From contig CAVUKB010000004.1 of assembly GCA_963741955.1 (NCBI GenBank), positions 224,001 to 288,000 of the forward strand: DNA of 64,000 nt, in the 5' to 3' direction. Source of the stretch: an uncultured Acidobacteriota bacterium. Its GTDB lineage: Bacteria; Acidobacteriota; Thermoanaerobaculia; Gp7-AA8. The notes under the pieces are model-generated. The model made no database searches, was not told the DNA's origin, and saw only the letters and a program-made list of their open reading frames with translations. Shown one piece after another: positions 1 through 9,551 of this stretch; positions within the stretch are counted from its first letter, which is position 1; each line of letters opens with the position of its first letter. The translations under genes and the position numbers were made by a program.

Positions 1-3000
1 CGACGAGCTCCTTCCGGAGGTACTCCACTCCTCGATCGAGAACGCCGGAGCGGATCTCGACTCCCGCATCGCGGGCGAGGGCAAGACCCCAGACGACGTA
101 GGCGCTCATGTAATGGTCGCTCTCTCCCTCCTTCCACCACCCCCATCCACCGTCGGCGTGCTGGAAGTCGTAGAGGCGCTGGAGGGACTTGCGGGTCATG
201 TCGTTCATCCGGTCGAGACTCTTCGCTCCGTCGGGATGCGTCTGGCCGGCGTACTCGGGCTCGACTCCGCCGAAGAGTCGTGTCGCGACGGTCGCGGGAT
301 CGACGCCGAGGCTCCGCAGGGTCCGCGCTACGATGACGGTCGGGAGGAAACGACTCATGGTCTGTTCGGTGCAGCCGTACGGGTAATCGATGAGATAGGG
401 GAGGGCGTCGAGCATGGTCACCGCCATGCTCGGAGTGATCTGGACGGTGAGAGAGGTCGTACCCTCCCGCCGTTCGGCGGGAAGAGAAAGCGAGATCGTC
501 GCCGCGGAGTCGCGAATCTTTCCCGACTTTGCGACGAGCTTCTGGATGCCGTGGTCGAAAATGCGGAGCTCGCGTTCCATTGCGTCGCTCTCTCCGGCGG
601 AGCGGGCGGTGACACGAAGCTTCGCCATTCCGGGGTCGAGCACGCGGAATCTCCAGTCGATGCGTTTTTCCCCGCCCGCTGCGACGTCGACTTCCTTCGT
701 TCCGGCATCGGCCAGCGGTGCGAGCCCGGTCGCTTCGACTGAAGACGTGACCCTCATCGGATCATTCGAGTTGTCGTTGATCACGGCGGAGATGACCACC
801 TCGTCACCGGTGAGGAGGAATCGCGGCGCCTGGAGGCGGACGATCAGCGGCTTGTTGGTGACCGTGTCGGACGTTCCGATGCCGACCTGCGTCGAGGGAG
901 TGACGGCCCGGGCCTTCGCCGTCCAGGTGGTCAGCGAGTCGGGCCCGGTGAGGTCGACCGTCGCTTTCCCGTCCGCGCCGGTCTTTAGGTCCGGCTGCCA
1001 GAAGACGGTGGAGCGGAAGTCGCTTCGGACCACCACCGGATTCTCCGCAGGCGAGGCAGCATTCGCCGACACTTTCTGGGCCATCTGAGGCTTCGGCGCC
1101 GGCGGCGGAGTTGTGGCCGTGACGGTGATCTCTTGCGCGACGGAGTCGAGGCTCCGGACAAACCCTCCGGACGCGCCGATCTCGCCTTCCAGCCGGGGAC
1201 CGTCGGATGACTCGTCTTTGTTCCGATACGCATCGGCTCCCGATCGGGATCTCTCCGCAACGAGCCGATGTTGATCGTCCTCCACCATGCGGACGTAGGG
1301 GCGTAGCTGGAAGCTGCTGGTGGTCGTCGCCTGGTGCGCGCGCTTCCCGCCATAGAAGAACCGACGCGGATCACCGGCGGGATCGTCCTGAATCGCGTAA
1401 ACCGAGGCGTCGACGACGCCGAGCGAGACTTCGGCGGGGACGGGTCTTCCATCCGAGTCGAGGGTGGTCACGGTGATCCGCCCGTGTTCGCGCGGCCGGT
1501 ACTCGTTTCGATCCGACTCCACCCTGACGTCGAGGAACTTTCGCTCGGGGGGGACGATCACTTCCTTCGTGTCGACGAACATCTGATCGTCCGAGACCAT
1601 CGCAGCGGAGAGAAAGACGTTGGGGATGTGCTTCGGCTCGACCGGGAGCTCGACCCACTTCGCGGTCCCGTCGACGTGGATGACACGCAGATCGTCGATT
1701 CGATCCGTCTCGATGCTGAAGAGAACCCAGCGGCCGGCGGCTGGAGTGACGATCATCAGCGGCAGAGGGCGTCCGACCGAGACGCTCTCTTCATCGACGA
1801 TCAGCTGAAGTCCGCCGTAGCGATATCCGAGATCGGTGGTGGCGTTCGTGGCGACCCAGACGGCCGTCTCTGCGCGGATCGGAATCGGTATTCGCGTCAC
1901 CCGCCCGCCTCGGTCCGCGCTCTGCCACGCGACTCGATAGTAACCCTCCCGGTCGGGCGTGAAGGTGAACGTCGCTACGCCTTTGGTATTCGTGGAGACG
2001 CGCGACGTGCTCACTTTCTCGCTCTCGTATCCTTTCGAAACGAGCGTCCATCCAGGATGACCCGGGAGCGCGCGGGGAGGGAAGGTCCGATCGCGACTGC
2101 GGATCCGTTCGAGCGCTTCGCCCGTCACCCGCTGTCCACTCGGGTCGCGCCACACTTCGTGCCACTCGTCGCGCGTGACGGTGATCTCGCCGCTCACCGG
2201 GAGCGGTTGGTCGTTCGGGTCGGAGGTGTGAAGATCGATCGCCACCCGATCCGAAGGCCGGTGGAGATAGTGTTTCGGACGAAGATCGACGTAGTAGCTC
2301 TGGCGAGTGACGCGGAGGGTTCCGCTGCCGGTGACCTCACGACGCGAGGAGTCGGTCACCCGCGCTTCGACCGTGTATTCGAGATCGTTCTGCGATCCGC
2401 GCGGAGTGTCGAATCGGAACGTGACTTTCCCGTCGGGGCCGGTGCGGAGCTCTTCGCGCTTCACGATCTGACCCGGCTGACCGGACGCGTAGGGTGAGAT
2501 CCCCTGGTCGAAGTACCAGCCGTAGCGGCGGTCAGGCATCCAGATTCGCCGCCACGGTTTTTGTCTCACCAGAACTTCGACCGACCCGTCGGTTACCGGT
2601 GCTCCGAAGTAGTACTGCGAATCGATGGTCGCCTCGACCGTGTCGCCGAGACGGTACGCGACCTTCCTGCCGTCCTTCTCTGCAGTTTCAACGGAGACAC
2701 GGAACTCGGGGAGCTTGTACTCCTCCAGCCGGAACATCTCCGCCTGGCCGATCCAGCGGCTCGAGGCATCCTGAAAGCCGATGGTGTACATCCCGAGCGG
2801 CATCGATTCCGTGGTCTGAAGCGTGCCCCACCCACTGCCGAACTCATTGAGCTGGAGATCCCCCTCGGCGACCTTGCTCCCTCTCGGATCGTTGATCACG
2901 TAATGAATCTTCGCGCCGGAGGGAGTGGTGTACGACTCGCCCGCCTCGGTTCGCGCGACCACCTTCCAGTGCGCGGTCTCGTTCGGACGGTAGGCGGGCC

Positions 3001-4588
3001 GGTCGGTCGTGACGTAGAGCCTCCACCGCGCAACTGCATCGCGTGAGTGCCAGCTGCTGGCGGAGACGAGCGCCTGCCGGCCGTTGCGATTGGCTACGGC
3101 AAAGAGGTTGTGGGAGTAGGCGTCGCGGAGGTCGAAACGAGCCATTCCATCGGATCCCGTCAGCTCGGTCCGGGAGACCGTGGAGGGGGTCGAATCGTAG
3201 GTACTGTCCCAGAGCGTCACGCGCGTGCCGGCGAGTGGCGCTCCGGTGGTCGAGTCACACGCGTAGACGATGGCGCGGTTCGCCGCGCTCTCGAGAACGA
3301 GGGCTGCGTCGCTGATGAGCACGAGATCGCGCGCGGAAACTCCCTCTCCTCGTGCTTCGAGAAGATACGCGCCCGGGTCCAGCTGTCGGGGAACGCGAAT
3401 CTGTTTCGTTCCCGGAACGTGACCGGCCGACCCGGCCGTTTCACTCCACCTGGCGACCGGTGAACCGCCGGTCCGGATCCGGTCGAGCCAGTCGCCTCGA
3501 CGTTCGTCCATCTCCACGTCGCGGGTGAGATCGAACGGCGTGAGGGTCAGGTCCACAGTCGTCACATTTCTCCACGAAAGAGTGAACGCGACTTCGGAAT
3601 TCGGGAGAAAGACGTTCGAGACGGCCACCGCAACGGTGGGAGAGACGATGTCGTGGATCCGATTCTCCGCCTGGTCGCGGTAACGGCTCTCTCCTTTGAC
3701 GAACTCCGTAGTGAGGCGACGGTACGTCTGGAGCGCAGCGTCATAATCGGGGATGAAGCGGATCGCGCCGTTGTCTTCCTCCACCACTCCGCCCTGCCGT
3801 TCCAGCCACTCCGCGAAGTGGAAGAGGGCATCGTCGTACCACGCGACGCTCCGACCGGGGGCGATCGCGGCCCGGAAGGCCTCTGCGATCCGCTCGTGAA
3901 CGTCCGGATCCGACCCGCGCTGCTGCAGAGCGGTCGCAAGGAGATAGTTCGCGTGCGCGAGATCGACCGGAGTCTTCGCGATCCTGACGGCATTCTCGAG
4001 AATCTCCTGGGGAAGTCGTCCCTGATATCCGTAATCACCATTTCCCCACGCCGCCGGGGGCGTGGCCATGTCCCAGACGATCTGCAGATAACGCGTGCGC
4101 GCCGTCTCCAGATCGCTGCTCGCACCCCAGTACGAAAGGGCCCTCTGGTAATGAGGGAAGGCTGCGCTCCACTCCCCGAACTTCTCCCACCACGAATCGG
4201 CGAGCGATTCCTCGGCTTCGGCCGCGATGAGGTCCGCGGGCTGTGAGTCGCTTCCCGCGAGTCGCTGGAGCTCCTTCCGCGCGGCTTCGAGTTTCGTCGG
4301 GTCCGGATTGTTCGTCGAAGCGAACGAGCGCCATTCGGTATCGGCGAGGCGAAAGTCCACCCACCGCCGTTGCACCGTCGAGAGGTCGAGTGCTGCGGCG
4401 GTCGCATAGAGCTCGTGCGCCTTCGCCCACGACTTTGCACTATAGAGAGATTCGGCACTCTGGCGGATCTCCTGGTACGAGGAAGGAGGTGCCGCGTTCT
4501 GCGGCTTCGGTCGAGCCGCAGAGCTCGCGACGAGGGCGATCAGTGCGATTCCGAGCAGGACGGAGACTTTTGCGGCGATCGATCTCAA
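1..4588 (-). CDS. Bacterial alpha-2-macroglobulin family protein (3' end runs off the window)
   Basis: Absent from the ORF track because it is open at the left edge. TTG start at 4588 after GGAGG; signal peptide MRSIAAKVSVLLGIALIALVASSAA; thioester motif YPYGCTEQ (CTEQ at 362-373) in the same frame as the start. Confidence 0.9.
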   Translation of the reverse strand, partial: MRSIAAKVSVLLGIALIALVASSAARPKPQNAAPPSSYQEIRQSAESLYSAKSWAKAHELYATAAALDLSTVQRRWVDFRLADTEWRSFASTNNPDPTKLEAARKELQRLAGSDSQPADLIAAEAEESLADSWWEKFGEWSAAFPHYQRALSYWGASSDLETARTRYLQIVWDMATPPAAWGNGDYGYQGRLPQEILENAVRIAKTPVDLAHANYLLATALQQRGSDPDVHERIAEAFRAAIAPGRSVAWYDDALFHFAEWLERQGGVVEEDNGAIRFIPDYDAALQTYRRLTTEFVKGESRYRDQAENRIHDIVSPTVAVAVSNVFLPNSEVAFTLSWRNVTTVDLTLTPFDLTRDVEMDERRGDWLDRIRTGGSPVARWSETAGSAGHVPGTKQIRVPRQLDPGAYLLEARGEGVSARDLVLISDAALVLESAANRAIVYACDSTTGAPLAGTRVTLWDSTYDSTPSTVSRTELTGSDGMARFDLRDAYSHNLFAVANRNGRQALVSASSWHSRDAVARWRLYVTTDRPAYRPNETAHWKVVARTEAGESYTTPSGAKIHYVINDPRGSKVAEGDLQLNEFGSGWGTLQTTESMPLGMYTIGFQDASSRWIGQAEMFRLEEYKLPEFRVSVETAEKDGRKVAYRLGDTVEATIDSQYYFGAPVTDGSVEVLVRQKPWRRIWMPDRRYGWYFDQGISPYASGQPGQIVKREELRTGPDGKVTFRFDTPRGSQNDLEYTVEARVTDSSRREVTGSGTLRVTRQSYYVDLRPKHYLHRPSDRVAIDLHTSDPNDQPLPVSGEITVTRDEWHEVWRDPSGQRVTGEALERIRSRDRTFPPRALPGHPGWTLVSKGYESEKVSTSRVSTNTKGVATFTFTPDREGYYRVAWQSADRGGRVTRIPIPIRAETAVWVATNATTDLGYRYGGLQLIVDEESVSVGRPLPLMIVTPAAGRWVLFSIETDRIDDLRVIHVDGTAKWVELPVEPKHIPNVFLSAAMVSDDQMFVDTKEVIVPPERKFLDVRVESDRNEYRPREHGRITVTTLDSDGRPVPAEVSLGVVDASVYAIQDDPAGDPRRFFYGGKRAHQATTTSSFQLRPYVRMVEDDQHRLVAERSRSGADAYRNKDESSDGPRLEGEIGASGGFVRSLDSVAQEITVTATTPPPAPKPQMAQKVSANAASPAENPVVVRSDFRSTVFWQPDLKTGADGKATVDLTGPDSLTTWTAKARAVTPSTQVGIGTSDTVTNKPLIVRLQAPRFLLTGDEVVISAVINDNSNDPMRVTSSVEATGLAPLADAGTKEVDVAAGGEKRIDWRFRVLDPGMAKLRVTARSAGESDAMERELRIFDHGIQKLVAKSGKIRDSAATISLSLPAERREGTTSLTVQITPSMAVTMLDALPYLIDYPYGCTEQTMSRFLPTVIVARTLRSLGVDPATVATRLFGGVEPEYAGQTHPDGAKSLDRMNDMTRKSLQRLYDFQHADGGWGWWKEGESDHYMSAYVVWGLALARDAGVEIRSGVLDRGVEYLRKELV

Positions 4589-4699
4589 GAACCACCTCCC
4601 ACAACTGCGACATTAGACACGGGAAGGGCGAATGAGGAAACCCGTCCGCTCGTAGCCCTCCTCTTCCATCCGGGCACGGGGGATGTAATGCTTCTGCGC

Positions 4700-7510
4700 A
4701 TGCAGGCGAACAGCGAATCACTTCTCAGCGATCAGATTCACCTCCTGGGCGATCTCCTGGGCGACGTGATCGTCGATCAGGAGGGACGCGAGACCTTCGA
4801 TCTGGAAGAGAGGATCCGCGGGCTGGCCAAGGCGCATCGCGCCGGGGAGGCGCGAGCGGCGTCGGAGCTTCTCGAGATCGTGAAATCGCTCTCCCTTCCC
4901 CGGGCTCGCGCGATCGCGAAAGCCTTCGCGGTCTACTTCAGGCTGGTGAATCTCGCCGAAGAGGCGGAACGGGTGCGAGTGCTCCACGCCCGTGCGATCG
5001 CGTGGGAGCAGAAAGGAGAGCCGCTCGCCGAGACGCTCGCGGATGCGATCTCCCGCCTCCACAGCCGCGGGATGGGAGGAGAAAAGATTCTCGAGCTCCT
5101 CGGACGGCTGGCGGTCCGCCCCGTCTTCACCGCGCATCCGACGGAGGTCAAGCGGCGGACGATCCTCACGAAGCTCTCCGAGATCGCGGCGCTTCTTCAG
5201 CGGCTGGAGCGCGAGCGCCCGACGCCGCAGGAACGACGCGAGATCGAGCTCGATCTGAGGGAGCACGTCCTCTCGTTGTGGCAGACCGAGGAAGGGAGGC
5301 CGGAGAAGCCTTCGGTTCTCGACGAGGTGCGGAATGGTCTCTACTACTTCGAGACGACTCTGTTCGATCTCGTTCCCCGGATCGTCCACTCGGTGTCGAT
5401 GGCACTCGGCAGGATCGCTCCGGAGCTCGCGACGGTGCATTCCGGCGGAGCGGCGCTGGTGCCGCTCGCGCGCATTCCTCGGTTCATCGAGTTCGGGTCG
5501 TGGATCGGAGGCGATCGCGATGGGAACCCGTTCGTCACTCCCGCCTTCACCGAGGAGACGTTGCGTGCGCAGAGGCGGATGGCGGTGCGGCTCTACATGC
5601 GAACGATCGACCGGATGCACGGGCATCTCAGCACCTCGGATCGATGCGGGATCAGTGAAGCGCTCGCGGAAAGACTCGCCGGGGCAGCGACACGATTTCC
5701 GGAGATCGCGAAGCACGTGAGCCGGCGCTATCCGTCGCAGCCCTATCGACAGATGCTCTTCTTCATCTACCGGAGGCTCGCCGCCACCCTCGACGAGAGC
5801 GAGACGCCGACGACCGAGCCGCTGCGCAGCACGCGTTACGAAACTCCGGAGGAGTTCCTCGCCGATCTCCGCTGCATCCGGGACAGCCTGAGCTCGAATC
5901 GCGCCGCGCTTCTGGCGGAGGGACGGTTCGGTTCTCTCGTCGTCCAGGCGGAGACGTTCGGATTTCATCTCGCCACGCTCGACATCCGGGAGCATTCGGC
6001 GAAGCACGAGAAGGCTCTCGACGAGTTGTTCCGGGTGAATGGGATCGCCGAAGGGTATGCCTCGATGGATTCCGCGGATCAGGAGCGGCTTCTCTCGGCC
6101 GTGCTCGAGCGCGGAGGGGCGGGAGTGCGAAGAGTCGGAGTGTCGGAAGAAACGAGCCGCATCCTGGAAGTGTTCGGCGTGATCCGCGGCGCCCGCGAGC
6201 GGATGGGACCGCGGGCCATCGACAGTTACGTGATCAGCATGGCCGAGGCGCCGAGCGACGTGCTGGAGGTCCTGCTGCTGGCGAAGATCTGCGGAGCGGA
6301 TGAGGGTCTGCAAATCGTGCCGCTGTTCGAGACGGTGGAGGATCTTCATGCGTCGGCCGGTGTGATGAAGAGGCTGTTCGGCAATGCGGTGTACTCGAAA
6401 CACCTCCAGTCGATGGACCGCAGGCAGCAGGTCATGATCGGCTACAGCGATTCGAACAAAGACGGTGGGTATCTGGCCTCCAATCGCGAGCTTCACGTCG
6501 CGCAGCGTGAGCTGGCGCACGTATGCGACGAGGCGGGAGTGGTGCTGACGCTCTTTCACGGGAGGGGCGGATCGATAGGCCGGGGTGGCGGCCCCGCGAA
6601 TCGGATGATTCTCGCCCAGCCGGCGGAGTCGATTCGCGGCCGGATCAAAGTGACCGAGCAGGGAGAGACGATCACCGAGCGCTACTCCAACGACGAGATC
6701 GCGCGGCGTCATCTCGAGCAGCTCACCAGCGCTGTTCTCCTGATGACCGGGCGCGCGGGCGAGATCGCGGATGGCAGCGGTGCCACGGTGGAGGAATCGG
6801 CAAGTCACGATTCGTGGGAAACGGCACTGAAGGAGATGTCGGCTGCGGCCGAGCAGTGCTATCGCGATCTCGTGCACCGCACGCCAGAGCTGGTCGACTA
6901 CTTCCATCAGGCGACGCCGATCGATCTGATCTCCCGGCTCAACATCGGCAGCCGCCCGGCGAAACGGAAGGCGGGGGGATCGATCGGCGACCTTCGCGCG
7001 ATCCCGTGGGTGTTCTCCTGGACCCAGTCGCGCGTGAACCTGCCGGGCTGGTTCGGTCTCGGGACGGGAATCGAAACGTGGACCGGCGGCGAGGAGAGCC
7101 GCTGGGAGCTTCTCCGGACGATGTATGCGCGATGGCCTTTCTTCTGGACCGTGATCAACAACGCGCAGATGGCGATGCGGAAAGCGGACATGGTGATCGC
7201 GGAGGTCTACTCGACGCTGGCGGCCGGCGAGGTCCGGAAGGCGATCTTCCCGCGCCTGGGAGACGAATTCGCCCGGACGGAGAGGATGATCCTGCGGCTG
7301 ACCGGACAGGAGAAGCTGCTGGAGCGCGAGGAATGGCTGCAGTCGGCGATCCGGGTGAGGAATCCGTACATCGACCCGATGAACTTTCTCCAGGTCGCGC
7401 TCCTCCCGCGTTTCCGCGAATCGGTGAACGAGACGGAATCGGAAGTCCTGCGCGACGTCCTGCACATCACCGTGAACGGAATCGCCGCGGGATTGCGCAA
7501 CAGCGGGTGA
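4700..7510 (+). CDS. ppc: Phosphoenolpyruvate carboxylase
   Basis: Motifs VFTAHPTE, SWIGGDRDGNP, QVMIGYSDSNKDGG, FHGRGG, LRAIPWVFSW and C-terminal GLRNSG. Start re-called at ATG 4700. Confidence 0.96.
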   Translation: MQANSESLLSDQIHLLGDLLGDVIVDQEGRETFDLEERIRGLAKAHRAGEARAASELLEIVKSLSLPRARAIAKAFAVYFRLVNLAEEAERVRVLHARAIAWEQKGEPLAETLADAISRLHSRGMGGEKILELLGRLAVRPVFTAHPTEVKRRTILTKLSEIAALLQRLERERPTPQERREIELDLREHVLSLWQTEEGRPEKPSVLDEVRNGLYYFETTLFDLVPRIVHSVSMALGRIAPELATVHSGGAALVPLARIPRFIEFGSWIGGDRDGNPFVTPAFTEETLRAQRRMAVRLYMRTIDRMHGHLSTSDRCGISEALAERLAGAATRFPEIAKHVSRRYPSQPYRQMLFFIYRRLAATLDESETPTTEPLRSTRYETPEEFLADLRCIRDSLSSNRAALLAEGRFGSLVVQAETFGFHLATLDIREHSAKHEKALDELFRVNGIAEGYASMDSADQERLLSAVLERGGAGVRRVGVSEETSRILEVFGVIRGARERMGPRAIDSYVISMAEAPSDVLEVLLLAKICGADEGLQIVPLFETVEDLHASAGVMKRLFGNAVYSKHLQSMDRRQQVMIGYSDSNKDGGYLASNRELHVAQRELAHVCDEAGVVLTLFHGRGGSIGRGGGPANRMILAQPAESIRGRIKVTEQGETITERYSNDEIARRHLEQLTSAVLLMTGRAGEIADGSGATVEESASHDSWETALKEMSAAAEQCYRDLVHRTPELVDYFHQATPIDLISRLNIGSRPAKRKAGGSIGDLRAIPWVFSWTQSRVNLPGWFGLGTGIETWTGGEESRWELLRTMYARWPFFWTVINNAQMAMRKADMVIAEVYSTLAAGEVRKAIFPRLGDEFARTERMILRLTGQEKLLEREEWLQSAIRVRNPYIDPMNFLQVALLPRFRESVNETESEVLRDVLHITVNGIAAGLRNSG

Positions 7511-7650
7511 GAAGCATCGTGGATCGTGAATTGAGAATCGAGGATCTGAAAGGCATCGAGGATTGAGGATGGTCGAGCCCCCCGATGCCGTTCTATGCCT
7601 TTCAGATCCACGATCCACGATCCACGATCCACGATGCCGTTCGATGCCTT
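7511..7650. repeat. Heptamer/15-mer composite intergenic repeat with inverted arms
   Basis: GAGGATC-like units plus GATCTGAAAGGCATC, then an inverted arm TATGCCTTTCAGATC(CACGATC)n. Starts at the ppc stop codon. Confidence 0.85.
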
Positions 7651-7662
7651 TATACTGCGCCC

Positions 7663-9507
7663 GTGAGTGAGCTCGATCCGAGGAACGAATACGAACGAAG
7701 GCTCGACGAGCGCCGGACCGCGGCGACGCGACTCGCGCGGCGGGAAGAGACGATCTCCTGGTCGCGGCTGGCGGTCTTCGCGGCCGGTGTGGTGATCGCG
7801 TGGATCGCGTTCGTCGATCGCGCAATGGCGGGATGGTGGTTTCTCCTGCCGGTGGTGGTCTTCGTGACGCTGGTGGTGCTGCACGAGCGGTTCGCTCTGC
7901 GGAGGAAGAAACTCGAGCGCGCGGCGGACTTTTACGAGAGCGGGCTGGCGCGCCTCTCCGGCCAATGGGCCGGGCGCGGGCGGACGGGACTCCAGTTCCT
8001 GACCGAGTCGCATCCGTACGCAGGGGATCTCGATCTGTTCGGCACCGGATCTCTCTTCGAGAGGATCTCGCTCGCCCGTACGCGGCGAGGGGAGGAGATG
8101 CTCTCGAACTGGCTTCTCTCGCCGGCGTCGCCGCCGGTGATCACGCTGAGGCAGGAAGCGGTGGACGAGCTCCGGTTCGCGCTCGATCTGCGGGAAGATC
8201 TCGCCGTTCTGGGTGAGGACGTAGGGACGGGAGTCGATCCGAAACATCTGTCGAGGTGGGGGGCCGACCCGAAGGTGATTCGCAAGCCTGCGCTTCGGTG
8301 GACGGCGCTGCTGCTGTCGGTGCTCGCGGTTCTGACCGTTCCCTCTCTCGTGGTGGCGCTGGTCTCACGTACCGAGCCGGAGCTGACGGCAGGAGTTGCC
8401 GGGTCGCTCTGGTTCCGCTTCGGCGCGCTTCCCTTCGTGATCGTGGTGATCGTCGAGATGCTCTTCGCGAGATCGCTGCGCGGACGGGTCGCCCGTATCG
8501 TCGCGCCGCTCGAGCTCGCGGAGCGGGAACTGATGCTTCTGGCGACGCTGCTGCGCCGTCTCGAGCGCGAGACGTTTCGAAGTCCCCGCCTCTCCACTCT
8601 TCGCGACGCACTGTCGCGTTCCGAAGAAGCGGCTTCGATGAGGATCGAAAGACTGCACCGTCTCCTTGCTCTGCTGGAGTCGCGACGCAACATGTTCTTC
8701 GCTCCGATCGCCGCGATCCTCCTCTGGGAGACGCAGCTCGCGATGGCGATCGACCGGTGGCGCGCGGAATCAGGGCCGGAGATCGCGCAGTGGCTCGATT
8801 CAGTCGGTGAGATCGAGGCACTCTCTTCGTTCGCGTCGTATGCGTTCGAGAGACCCGCGGATCCATTCCCGGAGATCGTCGACGGCGAGACCCGTTTCGA
8901 GGCGGAGGGACTCGGACATCCCCTCCTCCCGGTGGAGCGATGCGTGCGGAACGATCTCCGCCTCGGCGACGAGCTTCGTCTTCTGATCGTCAGCGGATCG
9001 AACATGTCGGGGAAGAGCACCATGCTCCGCACGGTGGGAGTGAACACGGTCCTCGCGCTGGCGGGCGCTCCGGTCTTCGCCCGCCGTCTCCGTATCTCGA
9101 GGTTGTGCGTCGGAGCGTCGATCCGGATCAACGACTCTCTGCAGGAAGGGAGCTCGCGGTTCTACGCCGAGATCGTCCGTCTGCGGCAGCTCCTGGAGAT
9201 CTCCGAATCCGGACCTCTCCTCTTTCTTCTCGACGAGATCCTCGGCGGGACGAACTCCCACGACCGGCGCATCGGAGCGGAAGCAGTGGTGAAAAGCCTC
9301 CTCTCGCGGGGGGCGATAGGACTGATGACCACGCACGATCTCGCGCTCTCCGAGATCGCGGACGGTGATGCGCTCCGGGCGAAGAACGTGCATTTCGAGG
9401 ATCACGTCGAAGGCGGGAAGATGGTCTTCGACTATCGGATGCGCGACGGGGTGGTCGAGAAGAGTAACGCGATCGCGTTGATGCGGATGGTGGGGCTCGA
9501 GGTCTGA
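7663..9507 (+). CDS. Membrane-anchored MutS-related ATPase (no mismatch-binding domain apparent)
   Basis: Walker [11 protein letters not shown], Walker [18 protein letters not shown]; several hydrophobic segments in the N-terminal half. GTG start 6 nt after TATACT. Confidence 0.88.
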   Translation: MSELDPRNEYERRLDERRTAATRLARREETISWSRLAVFAAGVVIAWIAFVDRAMAGWWFLLPVVVFVTLVVLHERFALRRKKLERAADFYESGLARLSGQWAGRGRTGLQFLTESHPYAGDLDLFGTGSLFERISLARTRRGEEMLSNWLLSPASPPVITLRQEAVDELRFALDLREDLAVLGEDVGTGVDPKHLSRWGADPKVIRKPALRWTALLLSVLAVLTVPSLVVALVSRTEPELTAGVAGSLWFRFGALPFVIVVIVEMLFARSLRGRVARIVAPLELAERELMLLATLLRRLERETFRSPRLSTLRDALSRSEEAASMRIERLHRLLALLESRRNMFFAPIAAILLWETQLAMAIDRWRAESGPEIAQWLDSVGEIEALSSFASYAFERPADPFPEIVDGETRFEAEGLGHPLLPVERCVRNDLRLGDELRLLIVSGSNMSGKSTMLRTVGVNTVLALAGAPVFARRLRISRLCVGASIRINDSLQEGSSRFYAEIVRLRQLLEISESGPLLFLLDEILGGTNSHDRRIGAEAVVKSLLSRGAIGLMTTHDLALSEIADGDALRAKNVHFEDHVEGGKMVFDYRMRDGVVEKSNAIALMRMVGLEV

Positions 9508-9551
9508 CCGACCATTCGTCGATCCGGCGAACTGCTCTCGAGGGGGGAAGG

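Noticed and set aside
113-4458. Many plus-strand and alternative-frame ORFs in the first 4.5 kb
   Set aside because: The region is explained by the minus-strand alpha-2-macroglobulin gene, which the track omits.
4718-7825. Very long antisense ORFs (also 37089..39713, 46790..49777, 50279..52924)
   Set aside because: Shadow ORFs opposite well-supported genes, expected in high-GC DNA, with no recognisable motifs.
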